Assembly: GCA_050950145.1 (NCBI GenBank)
Contig: JBMNHB010000001.1
Coordinates: 53,136-117,135, forward strand
Source of the DNA: Candidatus Dojkabacteria bacterium
GTDB lineage: Bacteria > Patescibacteriota > Dojkabacteria > SC72
Direction of reading: 5' to 3'
DNA: 64,000 bases
Shown: piece after piece, positions 30,647-38,793 of the stretch
Numbering within the stretch: position 1 is the stretch's first letter
Layout of the letters: each line of letters opens with the position of its first letter
Translations under genes and position numbers: made by a program
The notes under the pieces: generated by a model
Told to the model about the DNA's origin: nothing
What the model saw: the letters and a program-made list of their open reading frames with translations, nothing else
The model's database searches: none

Positions 30647-31477
30647 TTAAAGTGTAGTTATCTTAATAGGTAAGTTCTTTTCATTTCCACTTAATAATAT
30701 ATCTACCTTAGGGAACATGTATTGATTATTATCAAATTCAATAGAATATTTTCCTGGTTTCCATTTCTGATTTGTTAAAAAGTATCCATTACTCCCCGTT
30801 TTATTAGCATACAAAAGATTCCCATTTTCATCTTTTAATAGAGTTACAATATTAGGAATTGGTTTGAAGTCTTTTGTACTAATCCAAATATTAATATTTC
30901 CAGGTAGATTGTCAAAACCTTTGGCATTAAATTGATATTGAGAAATATTCTCTTCATTTATTAAAATATATTCAGGATTTACACTCTTAGGAGCAGAACT
31001 CTCAAGACTTTCTAATTCCTCATCTATTTTCTTTTGTACTTCGGATATGGGTTGTTCTGTCTTTTTATCTGTTAATTGAACTCCAATAATTTTCTTCTTT
31101 TTTTCTTTAGTATCCTTTGCTATTAATTTACCATCTTCAGATGGTTTTAAATGTGGCTTTACTCTGTTTTTTTCATCCTCTTTACTAATCCATGCTCTCT
31201 GTGTAGGACTAGTTATTGCCCTTATATAGTTCTGTATAAATTTGTCAGCAGGTTGGTCATTTATTGGTACAAGAGCTAGGAAGATACCAGCTAAAGATGA
31301 GAGGATGAATACAGGGATACCAATTATAGGTGGAATTGTATTACCAATGGTTAGATAGAGAACTAAGCCACCCAAACCAACACCTAGTGCTAAATATGCA
31401 AATTCTTTGAGAGTGAACTTAGTAAAAAGTTTAAACTCTACATCTAATACATTTTGAGGTATTGCATGTTGTTTCAT
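30647..31477 (-). CDS. VirB3-like two-TM membrane protein with C-terminal beta-rich extracytoplasmic domain
   Basis: Two adjacent N-terminal TM helices (LALGVGLGGLVLYLTIG / IIGIPVFILSSLAGIFLALVP) immediately upstream of the virB4 ORFs. Confidence 0.4.
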   Translation of the reverse strand: MKQHAIPQNVLDVEFKLFTKFTLKEFAYLALGVGLGGLVLYLTIGNTIPPIIGIPVFILSSLAGIFLALVPINDQPADKFIQNYIRAITSPTQRAWISKEDEKNRVKPHLKPSEDGKLIAKDTKEKKKKIIGVQLTDKKTEQPISEVQKKIDEELESLESSAPKSVNPEYILINEENISQYQFNAKGFDNLPGNINIWISTKDFKPIPNIVTLLKDENGNLLYANKTGSNGYFLTNQKWKPGKYSIEFDNNQYMFPKVDILLSGNEKNLPIKITTL

Positions 31478-31550
31478 TGGCAGTAATTATATACTACATA
31501 TTACCAGAATATGAAAGAAATTATTAGTATTAGTATATAGGAGTGGGGAG

Positions 31551-31719
31551 GGTTACCTTATCAATTTCTGTTGTTTAGTTGAGGACTATATATGCTTTGT
31601 TATGATTAGTTAACATACTATAAGGTACTTAAAACTAGTATAAGTCTTCTAGTAAATTAAATTTTGTCTGAAGAATACATATAGTCTTTAGAGGATAAGC
31701 AGAAATTGATAAGGTAACC
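31551..31719. repeat. 169-bp element closed by a perfect 20-bp inverted repeat (ggttaccttatcaatttctg), with inner 8-9 bp stem
   Basis: IR arms at 31551-31570 and 31700-31719; inner gactatat / atatagtc pairing; sits in the divergent intergenic region between the virB3-like and nucleotidyltransferase genes. Confidence 0.6.
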
Positions 31720-31743
31720 TCATATAAGATATAATTTTACAGC

Positions 31744-32502
31744 ATGAATAATTTCACAAAACTCTTACAATTTCGTTCCCTTTTTAACAAAGATATTGCC
31801 AAGGAAGAATCTATCAGGATATGGGGTAAGGAATACGAAGGTACTTTTAAAAGTAAGAAAAATATCTATGTTGATAAAAAGGTAAAAATTGCTAAAGAGA
31901 ATATTCCCTTTTTGTTAATAGGAAATCTAGTTCAATTCATAGGTATATCTGGTTCTGTTGGAAGTGGTTTTGCTAAAGAAGAGGATGATATTGATATCTT
32001 TGTTGTAACTAGAAATGGAAGTATGTGGTTATATAGAGCATTGGTACAGATAAAGAATATTTTTCATAGAAAGATAAGGATTAAGGGTGAAAAAGATGTA
32101 AAAGATAAACTTTGTCTTAATTTAATCGCAGAGGAAAGAGGTCTTACATTTGATTCAGATATTTTTAATTTTAATGAATTAATGTACTTAATACCGATAT
32201 ACAATGAAAAATATCTTAACTATATATATTCTCAAAACAAGTGGTTGCTAACAGAATATGAAGTGAAAAAAGAAAATATGATTACAAAAGTTAAACCTCA
32301 AGGAGAGGTAAATATATTTATGCAAATATTGAACAAATTTTTTTACTTTCTTCAGTTAATATATATGAAATTAGCTAGACACAGACCTGATTTACAAAGG
32401 ATTCAAAAGAATTCAAAAAAGGGTAGAATTGAGTTTTTTCCTAAGAAATTTAGAGAAAGAAAAATAGAGAACTACTTAAAAGAATTCAAATCTATTAGTT
32501 GA
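31744..32502 (+). CDS. Nucleotidyltransferase-fold protein (Pol-beta superfamily)
   Basis: GS..x..DxD motif: GISGSVGSGFAKEEDDIDIFVV. Confidence 0.5.
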   Translation: MNNFTKLLQFRSLFNKDIAKEESIRIWGKEYEGTFKSKKNIYVDKKVKIAKENIPFLLIGNLVQFIGISGSVGSGFAKEEDDIDIFVVTRNGSMWLYRALVQIKNIFHRKIRIKGEKDVKDKLCLNLIAEERGLTFDSDIFNFNELMYLIPIYNEKYLNYIYSQNKWLLTEYEVKKENMITKVKPQGEVNIFMQILNKFFYFLQLIYMKLARHRPDLQRIQKNSKKGRIEFFPKKFRERKIENYLKEFKSIS

Positions 32503-33527
32503 GCTTTTCCTAAAACTCCCTTTGGTAAGTTCTTGTAATCAATAATTGTAATAAATGTTTGTTGTTTGTTTAATATTTCAGGTTTAAATATCTCTGCTGT
32601 ATTCTTTTTATCTAATTCGGAAGCAATATCATCCAAAAGGAGAACAGGGTAGTATCCGAGTTCTTTCTTCATAATCTTCTGAACCTCAAATATTAGCTTA
32701 CCAATAGATAACCTCTTTTCACCTCTAGATCCATATTTTTTAATATTCATTCCGTTAATTAACTCCCAGTCATCTCTATGTGGTCCTACATTGGTATATC
32801 CAGTAGCAATATCTCTTTTCTTTGAATTCTCCAAAGCATCTTCTAGGGCTATATCACCATTTGATTTAATATATTCAATTTTTAGATCTTTAGTTTTCAT
32901 TCTTTTAGATAACCTTTCTCTCATCTTTTGTATTTTTGTAGCTTCTTTTAGAAACTCATTTGTCCAGAAATTAAGTTGAGGATCATTTCTCGCAATAATA
33001 CCTTTGTCATAGAATTGTTTAGATAGTTTCTTTAAGTATGCGTTTCTTTGTTTGAGTACTTTCCTAAATTGTTTTAGTATTTCTACATATTCATAATCTA
33101 AGGTAGATATTATCTCATCTAAGAATTCTCTTCTTTTACTTGGTGAGATCATTAGTATCTCAATCTTCTCAGGATTAAATATTGTAGATGCTGTTTCTTC
33201 AAAAAACTTTTTTATAGGCGTATTTTTATCATTAATTTTTAATACTCTTCTTAAATTTGTTTTGTAATATAAATATACTTTCTCCTCCGCTTCCTCTTTC
33301 ATTGTAATTTCAATCCTACAAAATGGTGTTTCTTCTTCTTGATTGGTAGAGATATATTCATCTGTACTAGCCCAAGGAGATTTACCATTTGTAATTAGAG
33401 ATATTGCTTCTAGTATTGTACTTTTACCTACAGCATTATCTCCGTGTAACACTACTATATCTTTATCAATATCTAATTCTAAGTTTTTGAATTTTCTGAA
33501 GTTTGTTAACTTGATTTTTGAGATCAT
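32472..33527 (-). CDS. recF: DNA replication and repair protein RecF
   Basis: Walker A GDNAVGKST; FLDEIIS...LKQRNAYLK; GPHRDDWEL; signature SRGEKRLS; D-loop LLLDDIASELD. Confidence 0.85.
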   Translation of the reverse strand: MISKIKLTNFRKFKNLELDIDKDIVVLHGDNAVGKSTILEAISLITNGKSPWASTDEYISTNQEEETPFCRIEITMKEEAEEKVYLYYKTNLRRVLKINDKNTPIKKFFEETASTIFNPEKIEILMISPSKRREFLDEIISTLDYEYVEILKQFRKVLKQRNAYLKKLSKQFYDKGIIARNDPQLNFWTNEFLKEATKIQKMRERLSKRMKTKDLKIEYIKSNGDIALEDALENSKKRDIATGYTNVGPHRDDWELINGMNIKKYGSRGEKRLSIGKLIFEVQKIMKKELGYYPVLLLDDIASELDKKNTAEIFKPEILNKQQTFITIIDYKNLPKGVLGKAQLIDLNSFK

Positions 33528-33579
33528 AGATTTTAATTATATATGAATAGTGGATATTTATCTAAAAAACTTTTGCAAA

Positions 33580-35406
33580 CTACGTTTTCAATATAGCCAA
33601 GAAAGCATCCTGTGGAATATGTACCTGTCCAATCTGTTTTAATCTTTTCTTACCTTTCTTCTGCTTTTCTAAAAGTTTCTTTTTTCTAGAATAGTCACCA
33701 CCATACAACTTAGCAGTAACATCTTTTCTAAAAGCTTTTACATCTTCTCGTGCAATAATAGTAGAACCAATAGCTGCTTGAAGGGGAATAGAGAACTGTT
33801 GTCTAGGTATAACTGTCTTCATAACCTCTAGGAGTTTGACAGCCTTTGCTCTAGCATCATCTCTAACTTCAAGAAAATCTAATACAGAAACTTCCTCATG
33901 GTTTACTAGTATAGAGACCTTTACAATATCGGCAGGGAAATAATCAATAAATTCATATTCCATAGATGCATATCCACTAGAAATATTTTTCATCTGGTCA
34001 AAGAAATTAGAAATGAGAGAAACAAGAGGCATATCATATTCTAGAACAATATATTGGTCTTTAAGCTGAATATCACTACTGTTTGCATGTAGATACTTTG
34101 TATTAACATACTGGCCTCTCTTGAATTGGCACAAACTCATTAAATCACCTAAATATTTCTCTGGTGTCATAATCTCAGCTCTAACCCAAGGTTCCCTTAT
34201 CTCTTTAATAGTAGCAGAATCTGGAAGTTCATGAGGTGCTTGTATTACTAATTCTTCACCATCTATCTTTGTAACTTGATATTCAACAGTAGGAGCGGTA
34301 ACAATTAAATCAATGTCATATTCTCTCTCTAATCTCTCTTGGACAATCTCCATATGTAGTAATCCTAAGAATCCACATCTAAATCCAGAACCGAGTAAAT
34401 TTGATCTTTGGTCTGTGAATACTAAAGAAGCATCATTTAACGAAAGTTTAATCAATGCTGTTTTAAGGTCTTCGTAATCCTCTGTATCTGTTGGGAAGAA
34501 TGTAGCAAACATATTTGGTTTAGGTATTTGGTATCCATGGAGTGGAGTTGTATCTTCTTTGTCTGAGATAGTATCTCCAACTGTAAAGAAACTAATATCT
34601 TTCATACCTGTTGCAATATATCCAACTTCTCCAGCCTCTAATTTATCTATCTCTTCTAAATCTGGATTAAAAATACCAATCTCTGTTGGTTTGAAAGATT
34701 GTTGTCTTTGAATCATGTGTAGAGTCTTTGCTTTACCTGGTTCGTATTTGTATGACCCATCAAATATTCTAATTGCAATCACAACACCTCTGTGTTCATC
34801 ATAGAAGGAATCAAAAACCAATGCTTTAAGTGGTGCATTCACATCACCTGTTGGAGCAGGGGACTTCTCAATTATCCTGTCTAACAACTCCTCTACACCC
34901 TGTCCGGTCTTCCCAGATACTTTAACAATCTCTTCTTTCTTAAAACCTAGTAATGCTTCGATCTCTTTTTCTCTTTCCTCAATATTTACATCAGGTAAAT
35001 CAATTTTGTTTAATACAGGAATTAAGGTTAGTCCTAAATCTAAAGCCTTTCTAGTATTTGATATTGTTTGTGCTTGTATTCCTTGACTAGCATCTACAAG
35101 GAGTAGGGCAGACTCACAAGCAGCAAGTGATCTAGATACTTCGTAAGAGAAATCTACATGTCCTGGAGTGTCTATGAGATTTAATTCATACCCCTTCCAT
35201 GTCATTTTACATGCTTGTAGTTTAATTGTAATACCTTTCTCCTGTTCTAAATCTAACTTATCTAAAACTCTGTTACTCTTCTTTCTAGCAATATGACTGT
35301 TTTGTGTTGCTTCTAACATTCTATCTGCTAGAGTAGACTTCCCATGATCTATATGAGCTATGATTGAGAAGTTCCTAATTTTTTCTAATGGTCTTGAGTT
35401 AGACAT
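33580..35406 (-). CDS. lepA: Elongation factor 4 (LepA)
   Basis: IRNFSIIAHIDHGKSTLADR G-domain and LepA-specific C-terminal domain. Confidence 0.95.
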   Translation of the reverse strand: MSNSRPLEKIRNFSIIAHIDHGKSTLADRMLEATQNSHIARKKSNRVLDKLDLEQEKGITIKLQACKMTWKGYELNLIDTPGHVDFSYEVSRSLAACESALLLVDASQGIQAQTISNTRKALDLGLTLIPVLNKIDLPDVNIEEREKEIEALLGFKKEEIVKVSGKTGQGVEELLDRIIEKSPAPTGDVNAPLKALVFDSFYDEHRGVVIAIRIFDGSYKYEPGKAKTLHMIQRQQSFKPTEIGIFNPDLEEIDKLEAGEVGYIATGMKDISFFTVGDTISDKEDTTPLHGYQIPKPNMFATFFPTDTEDYEDLKTALIKLSLNDASLVFTDQRSNLLGSGFRCGFLGLLHMEIVQERLEREYDIDLIVTAPTVEYQVTKIDGEELVIQAPHELPDSATIKEIREPWVRAEIMTPEKYLGDLMSLCQFKRGQYVNTKYLHANSSDIQLKDQYIVLEYDMPLVSLISNFFDQMKNISSGYASMEYEFIDYFPADIVKVSILVNHEEVSVLDFLEVRDDARAKAVKLLEVMKTVIPRQQFSIPLQAAIGSTIIAREDVKAFRKDVTAKLYGGDYSRKKKLLEKQKKGKKRLKQIGQVHIPQDAFLAILKT

Positions 35407-35644
35407 ACAATGGATTATATCACAGACCTGGTTGGCTTATTTATCTTTAAGGGTTGGGTGTTTTCCTGGGAAAAAGACAGTTATTTAATCTTACTATAGG
35501 CTTGGTAAGAAAAAAGAGAATACTGCTTAATTATGTTTAAAGTAAGTTTATACTTGGTGAGAAATAAGCAAAAATTTGTCTTATAGAATGGTTGAAATTT
35601 TTGAAAAAGACTTCTTAAGAGCTTTCTGTGTAACACTAAATTCA

Positions 35645-36553
35645 TCAACTAGGTCTGTTTGATGTTCTGTATCTTTTCTCCAGCTTCTTCTGTTTTTGTT
35701 GTAATACTCTTTCGCTTCCTCTTACTAAATTCTTTTTCTCTACTGAAACATATTGCATATATGTTTTAAACAAAAAAACCCATTCATTAATATTTAATTC
35801 AGAAGGTTTTTTATTCCTAATATGCAAATTCTTTTCAATAATCTTCTGTTGTTTATATGAAAATACTTTATCAAATGCTTGTAATATAGTTGGTTTCCAT
35901 TGATTATATCCATATATTACAAAATCTCTGTATTCTTGTATAAGTTTTTCTTCCATTAAAGGCTTTTCTCTCTTCTTGAATTCTGTTAATACAGTATCAA
36001 CATTAGGTATAGGCTTGTATTCTCTCCTATCTATGTATTTTAATATATCCATTTTATAAAAAGGTTGAAGAAGTATTGAAACTTGAGTGTTCTCACCTGT
36101 AGAAGAACCAATATATCGTTTAGCAGCCAAATCCTGCATGATTAGATATGTGTTTTGTGGAGGATTAGTGGATAGTAGTAATTTATCAATTATTCTACTT
36201 GTAAATTCAAAGGGTATGTTGGAGAAAACTTTGTATGGATATTTAGGGGTTTCAAACCTAAGAAAATCTTCCTCTATTATTTCAACATTTGAAGAGGTTG
36301 AAAATTTCTTTTTTAAATTTTGTGCAAGAGTATGATCTAGTTCTATTGCAATTACATTATCTGCTTTTTGAGAAAGTTCCTCAGTTATTATTCCTTTACC
36401 AGGTCCTATCTCTAAAACAGTATCATCTTTATTGATATCAGTTATTGAAACTAGGGACTCTACAAACTTAGAATCATGTAAGAAGTTTTGTGAATGCCAA
36501 AGATTTTCTATTTTGGAAAGGTTTATAAATATATTACTATGCTTAATTTCTCG
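35645..36553 (-). CDS. rsmA: 16S rRNA (adenine1518/1519-N6)-dimethyltransferase KsgA/RsmA; no canonical start codon found in frame
   Basis: Open frame from 36553 with HSQNFL, VLEIGPGKGIITEEL (SAM site), NIPFEFTS, F.P.PNVDT motifs. First ATG/GTG/TTG is at 36139, downstream of the SAM-binding motif. Confidence 0.75.
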   Translation of the reverse strand, partial: REIKHSNIFINLSKIENLWHSQNFLHDSKFVESLVSITDINKDDTVLEIGPGKGIITEELSQKADNVIAIELDHTLAQNLKKKFSTSSNVEIIEEDFLRFETPKYPYKVFSNIPFEFTSRIIDKLLLSTNPPQNTYLIMQDLAAKRYIGSSTGENTQVSILLQPFYKMDILKYIDRREYKPIPNVDTVLTEFKKREKPLMEEKLIQEYRDFVIYGYNQWKPTILQAFDKVFSYKQQKIIEKNLHIRNKKPSELNINEWVFLFKTYMQYVSVEKKNLVRGSERVLQQKQKKLEKRYRTSNRPS

Positions 36554-37050
36554 TTAAAAAGGATATCGCTCTGACTCTCAGTGGATAGATAGATTGTTTT
36601 CCTTTCTCCTGGTTTTAGTTGTATCTTACTAGTATCTGTTAGGTTATAACTATCCTTATCAATTTTTAGAGATAGTGAAGACTTTGTAACACCATCAGTA
36701 TATCCATAGAAAGAAACGGTACTAGTAGTAGTTCCGATATTCTTAATATTTATTATTGGTTTAGAATATATCTTTTTCCCATCTCTCTTCACGATATCTG
36801 TACTATACATGTATTCTGTCTCACTCTGTTTCTCTAATACCTCGTTCTGAAAGATATTATGTCTACCACCTACCTTTTCTATTACAATATTTTGTGTAGA
36901 ATCTGTAACACCTAACACATCAGGTCTTTTTAATTCCTGTGTAATTGGAGAGAGATTAATGACAGTAAGGGTAGGTATTATGAAAAGTCCTAATAGTGCA
37001 ACTATTGCTAATGGTTCAAATATTTGTGGTAGTAAATTTTGTTTTGCCAT
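36523..37050 (-). CDS. Hypothetical membrane-anchored protein
   Basis: N-terminal TM helix, Ser/Thr-rich beta-like body. Confidence 0.3.
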   Translation of the reverse strand: MAKQNLLPQIFEPLAIVALLGLFIIPTLTVINLSPITQELKRPDVLGVTDSTQNIVIEKVGGRHNIFQNEVLEKQSETEYMYSTDIVKRDGKKIYSKPIINIKNIGTTTSTVSFYGYTDGVTKSSLSLKIDKDSYNLTDTSKIQLKPGERKTIYLSTESQSDILFNEKLSIVIYL

Positions 37051-37052
37051 AT

Positions 37053-37613
37053 TTAGTAGAGTTCTTTCTCTCTTGGATATATCTTATCAATTTCTATCTC
37101 ATATGTCTTTATAGTACCCCAAATTGAAAAGATTGCCAATATTCCAGCTAAAATTCCAATCCATGGATAGTTAATACCTTGAATTGTTTGTGCGATAACG
37201 ATAAGTGAGGCAACCAGTAGAAATGAACACCAAATGAAGATAAGTAAGAAGGAAGTATCATCTTTTGTAATCCAATTCATAATATTTAATTTAGTAATCT
37301 TTACAATAGTTCTTGGATTTTGAAATGTTGATTGATATATTGATGTCTTTATTATGAAATAGATAGTAGGAACTGCGAGAACAATAATCATGAATAGGTT
37401 AGAGATAGAGTTAACCAAAATGGTTGTGCTACTATCTGTATAGTAAAGTTGAATTGAAAAGATTCCTTGTATCTGATTGTCAATAAAGAAGTCCAGCTTA
37501 TATACAATATTTGCAATGATTATTCCAAAAAGTTTTCCTGCAATCATTAAGACAGCAGGCCATACCGAAATTTTAAGAATTCTTCTTAGCAGTTTTGACA
37601 TTATCTTGGGCAA
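37053..37613 (-). CDS. Hypothetical polytopic membrane protein
   Basis: 4-5 predicted TM helices. Confidence 0.3.
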   Translation of the reverse strand: MPKIMSKLLRRILKISVWPAVLMIAGKLFGIIIANIVYKLDFFIDNQIQGIFSIQLYYTDSSTTILVNSISNLFMIIVLAVPTIYFIIKTSIYQSTFQNPRTIVKITKLNIMNWITKDDTSFLLIFIWCSFLLVASLIVIAQTIQGINYPWIGILAGILAIFSIWGTIKTYEIEIDKIYPREKELY

Positions 37614-37869
37614 GTTTGTTTAAATTTTTGGTAAGTTTTGATTTTAATCTATCAGCCTTACCTTTTTTGATAACATTCTTTTTAGCTGCTTTATCTAAGA
37701 TCTTGTAAACATTTTTTATATTCTTTTTACTCTCTTCTAGATTTCCACTCTCTACTAGCTTAGCTTGTTTTTTTGTAGCTTTCTTTACTCTATTTCTAAG
37801 CCTATCGTTTATTTTCTCTTTTCTTTTATTTTTTCTTAGTTCTTTAATAGATGTTTTTAAATTTGGCAT
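37573..37869 (-). CDS. rpsT: 30S ribosomal protein S20
   Basis: Basic helical 98-aa protein (KTSIKELRKNKRKEKINDRLRNRVKKA). Confidence 0.85.
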   Translation of the reverse strand: MPNLKTSIKELRKNKRKEKINDRLRNRVKKATKKQAKLVESGNLEESKKNIKNVYKILDKAAKKNVIKKGKADRLKSKLTKNLNKLAQDNVKTAKKNS

Positions 37870-37960
37870 TTCTGTTATGTTATAGAATTATTGTTATTCA
37901 AGGTATTATATCTGTATTCTTTTGTTTTGTAAACATTTACTTTTGTGGTATTCTTTTAAT

Positions 37961-38389
37961 ATGGAGAAGAGTAGGAAATTTAAGATAGTTCTTAGTGTTT
38001 TAGTCGTTGTATTCCTCTTTGGTTTTGCAACTATGTATATGATTCTTAATGCTTCTTCAGAAGAAAGTGTTCTGGGAGTTCAGAGTAATCAGGAAAGTAG
38101 TAGTAACATTTCTATGGGTATTCCTTACATTTTGTCTAGAGCTCCGTTAACTATTACAGCTGGAGAGTTGTATGAGTATGTCCCAAGACTTGTTGATATT
38201 GATACTGATGTTTCTGATCTATCACTAGAACTTGTAGATGCTCCAGATTGGTTGTATTTAGAAGATGGTATTGTTCTTGGTGTCGCTCCTGAAGTACCTG
38301 ACACTTTTTCATTTGTTTTAAGGGTTTCTGATGGGTATAATTCATCACAAGAGAAAATATATATTTTAGTAGAGGAGAAAGATGAATAA
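37961..38389 (+). CDS. Membrane-anchored protein with putative Ig-like (He_PIG/cadherin-like) domain
   Basis: TM helix then YEYVPRLVDIDTDVSDLSLELVDAPDWLYLEDGIVLGVAPEVPDTFSFVLRVSDG. Confidence 0.4.
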   Translation: MEKSRKFKIVLSVLVVVFLFGFATMYMILNASSEESVLGVQSNQESSSNISMGIPYILSRAPLTITAGELYEYVPRLVDIDTDVSDLSLELVDAPDWLYLEDGIVLGVAPEVPDTFSFVLRVSDGYNSSQEKIYILVEEKDE

Positions 38390-38789
38390 AAAGTTGTTTA
38401 CGGTAATAGTCGTTTTGACAGTTGTGATGGTTTCTGTTTCTGTGTTTTTACTGCTTAAAAAGAATGTTGTTAGTTTTGATTCTTTATTTGTATCACAGAG
38501 CGATTGTACTCCGTATAATCTTTTTGTAACAAAGGGAGAGAACGAGTTTAGTGTAAAAATTGTTTGGGAAACAAAAGGCAAATGTTTAGGATTTGTTCAG
38601 TATGGTACAAACAGAAATAGTTTGGATAGGGTTGGTATAGATTTGATCTACGGATATAGGAGCCAAGAACATGAAGTTGTTTTAGAGAAACTGTTAACTA
38701 AAGAGAGATATTATTTCTTGATAAATTCTGATAGCACTGGTTTTGGAAATAATGGAAGACCTTTAGAGTTTACAATTGAGAATCTTTAA
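38382..38789 (+). CDS. Membrane-anchored FN3-like (purple-acid-phosphatase N-terminal-like) domain protein
   Basis: TM helix then FSVKIVWETKGKCLGFVQYGTN; paralogous to the ORF at 62816. Confidence 0.4.
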   Translation: MNKKLFTVIVVLTVVMVSVSVFLLLKKNVVSFDSLFVSQSDCTPYNLFVTKGENEFSVKIVWETKGKCLGFVQYGTNRNSLDRVGIDLIYGYRSQEHEVVLEKLLTKERYYFLINSDSTGFGNNGRPLEFTIENL

Positions 38790-38793
38790 CAGA

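Noticed and set aside
32472-33527. ATPase next to the NTase-fold gene as a possible two-gene defence pair (AbiE/Gabija/Septu-like)
   Set aside because: The ATPase is a bona fide RecF (FLD...LKQRNAYLK, GPHRDDWEL, SRGEKR signature, LLLDDIASELD), convergent rather than co-operonic with the NTase.
36087-36335. 82-aa plus-strand ORF
   Set aside because: Antisense to the continuous ksgA reading frame, which has strong motif support.
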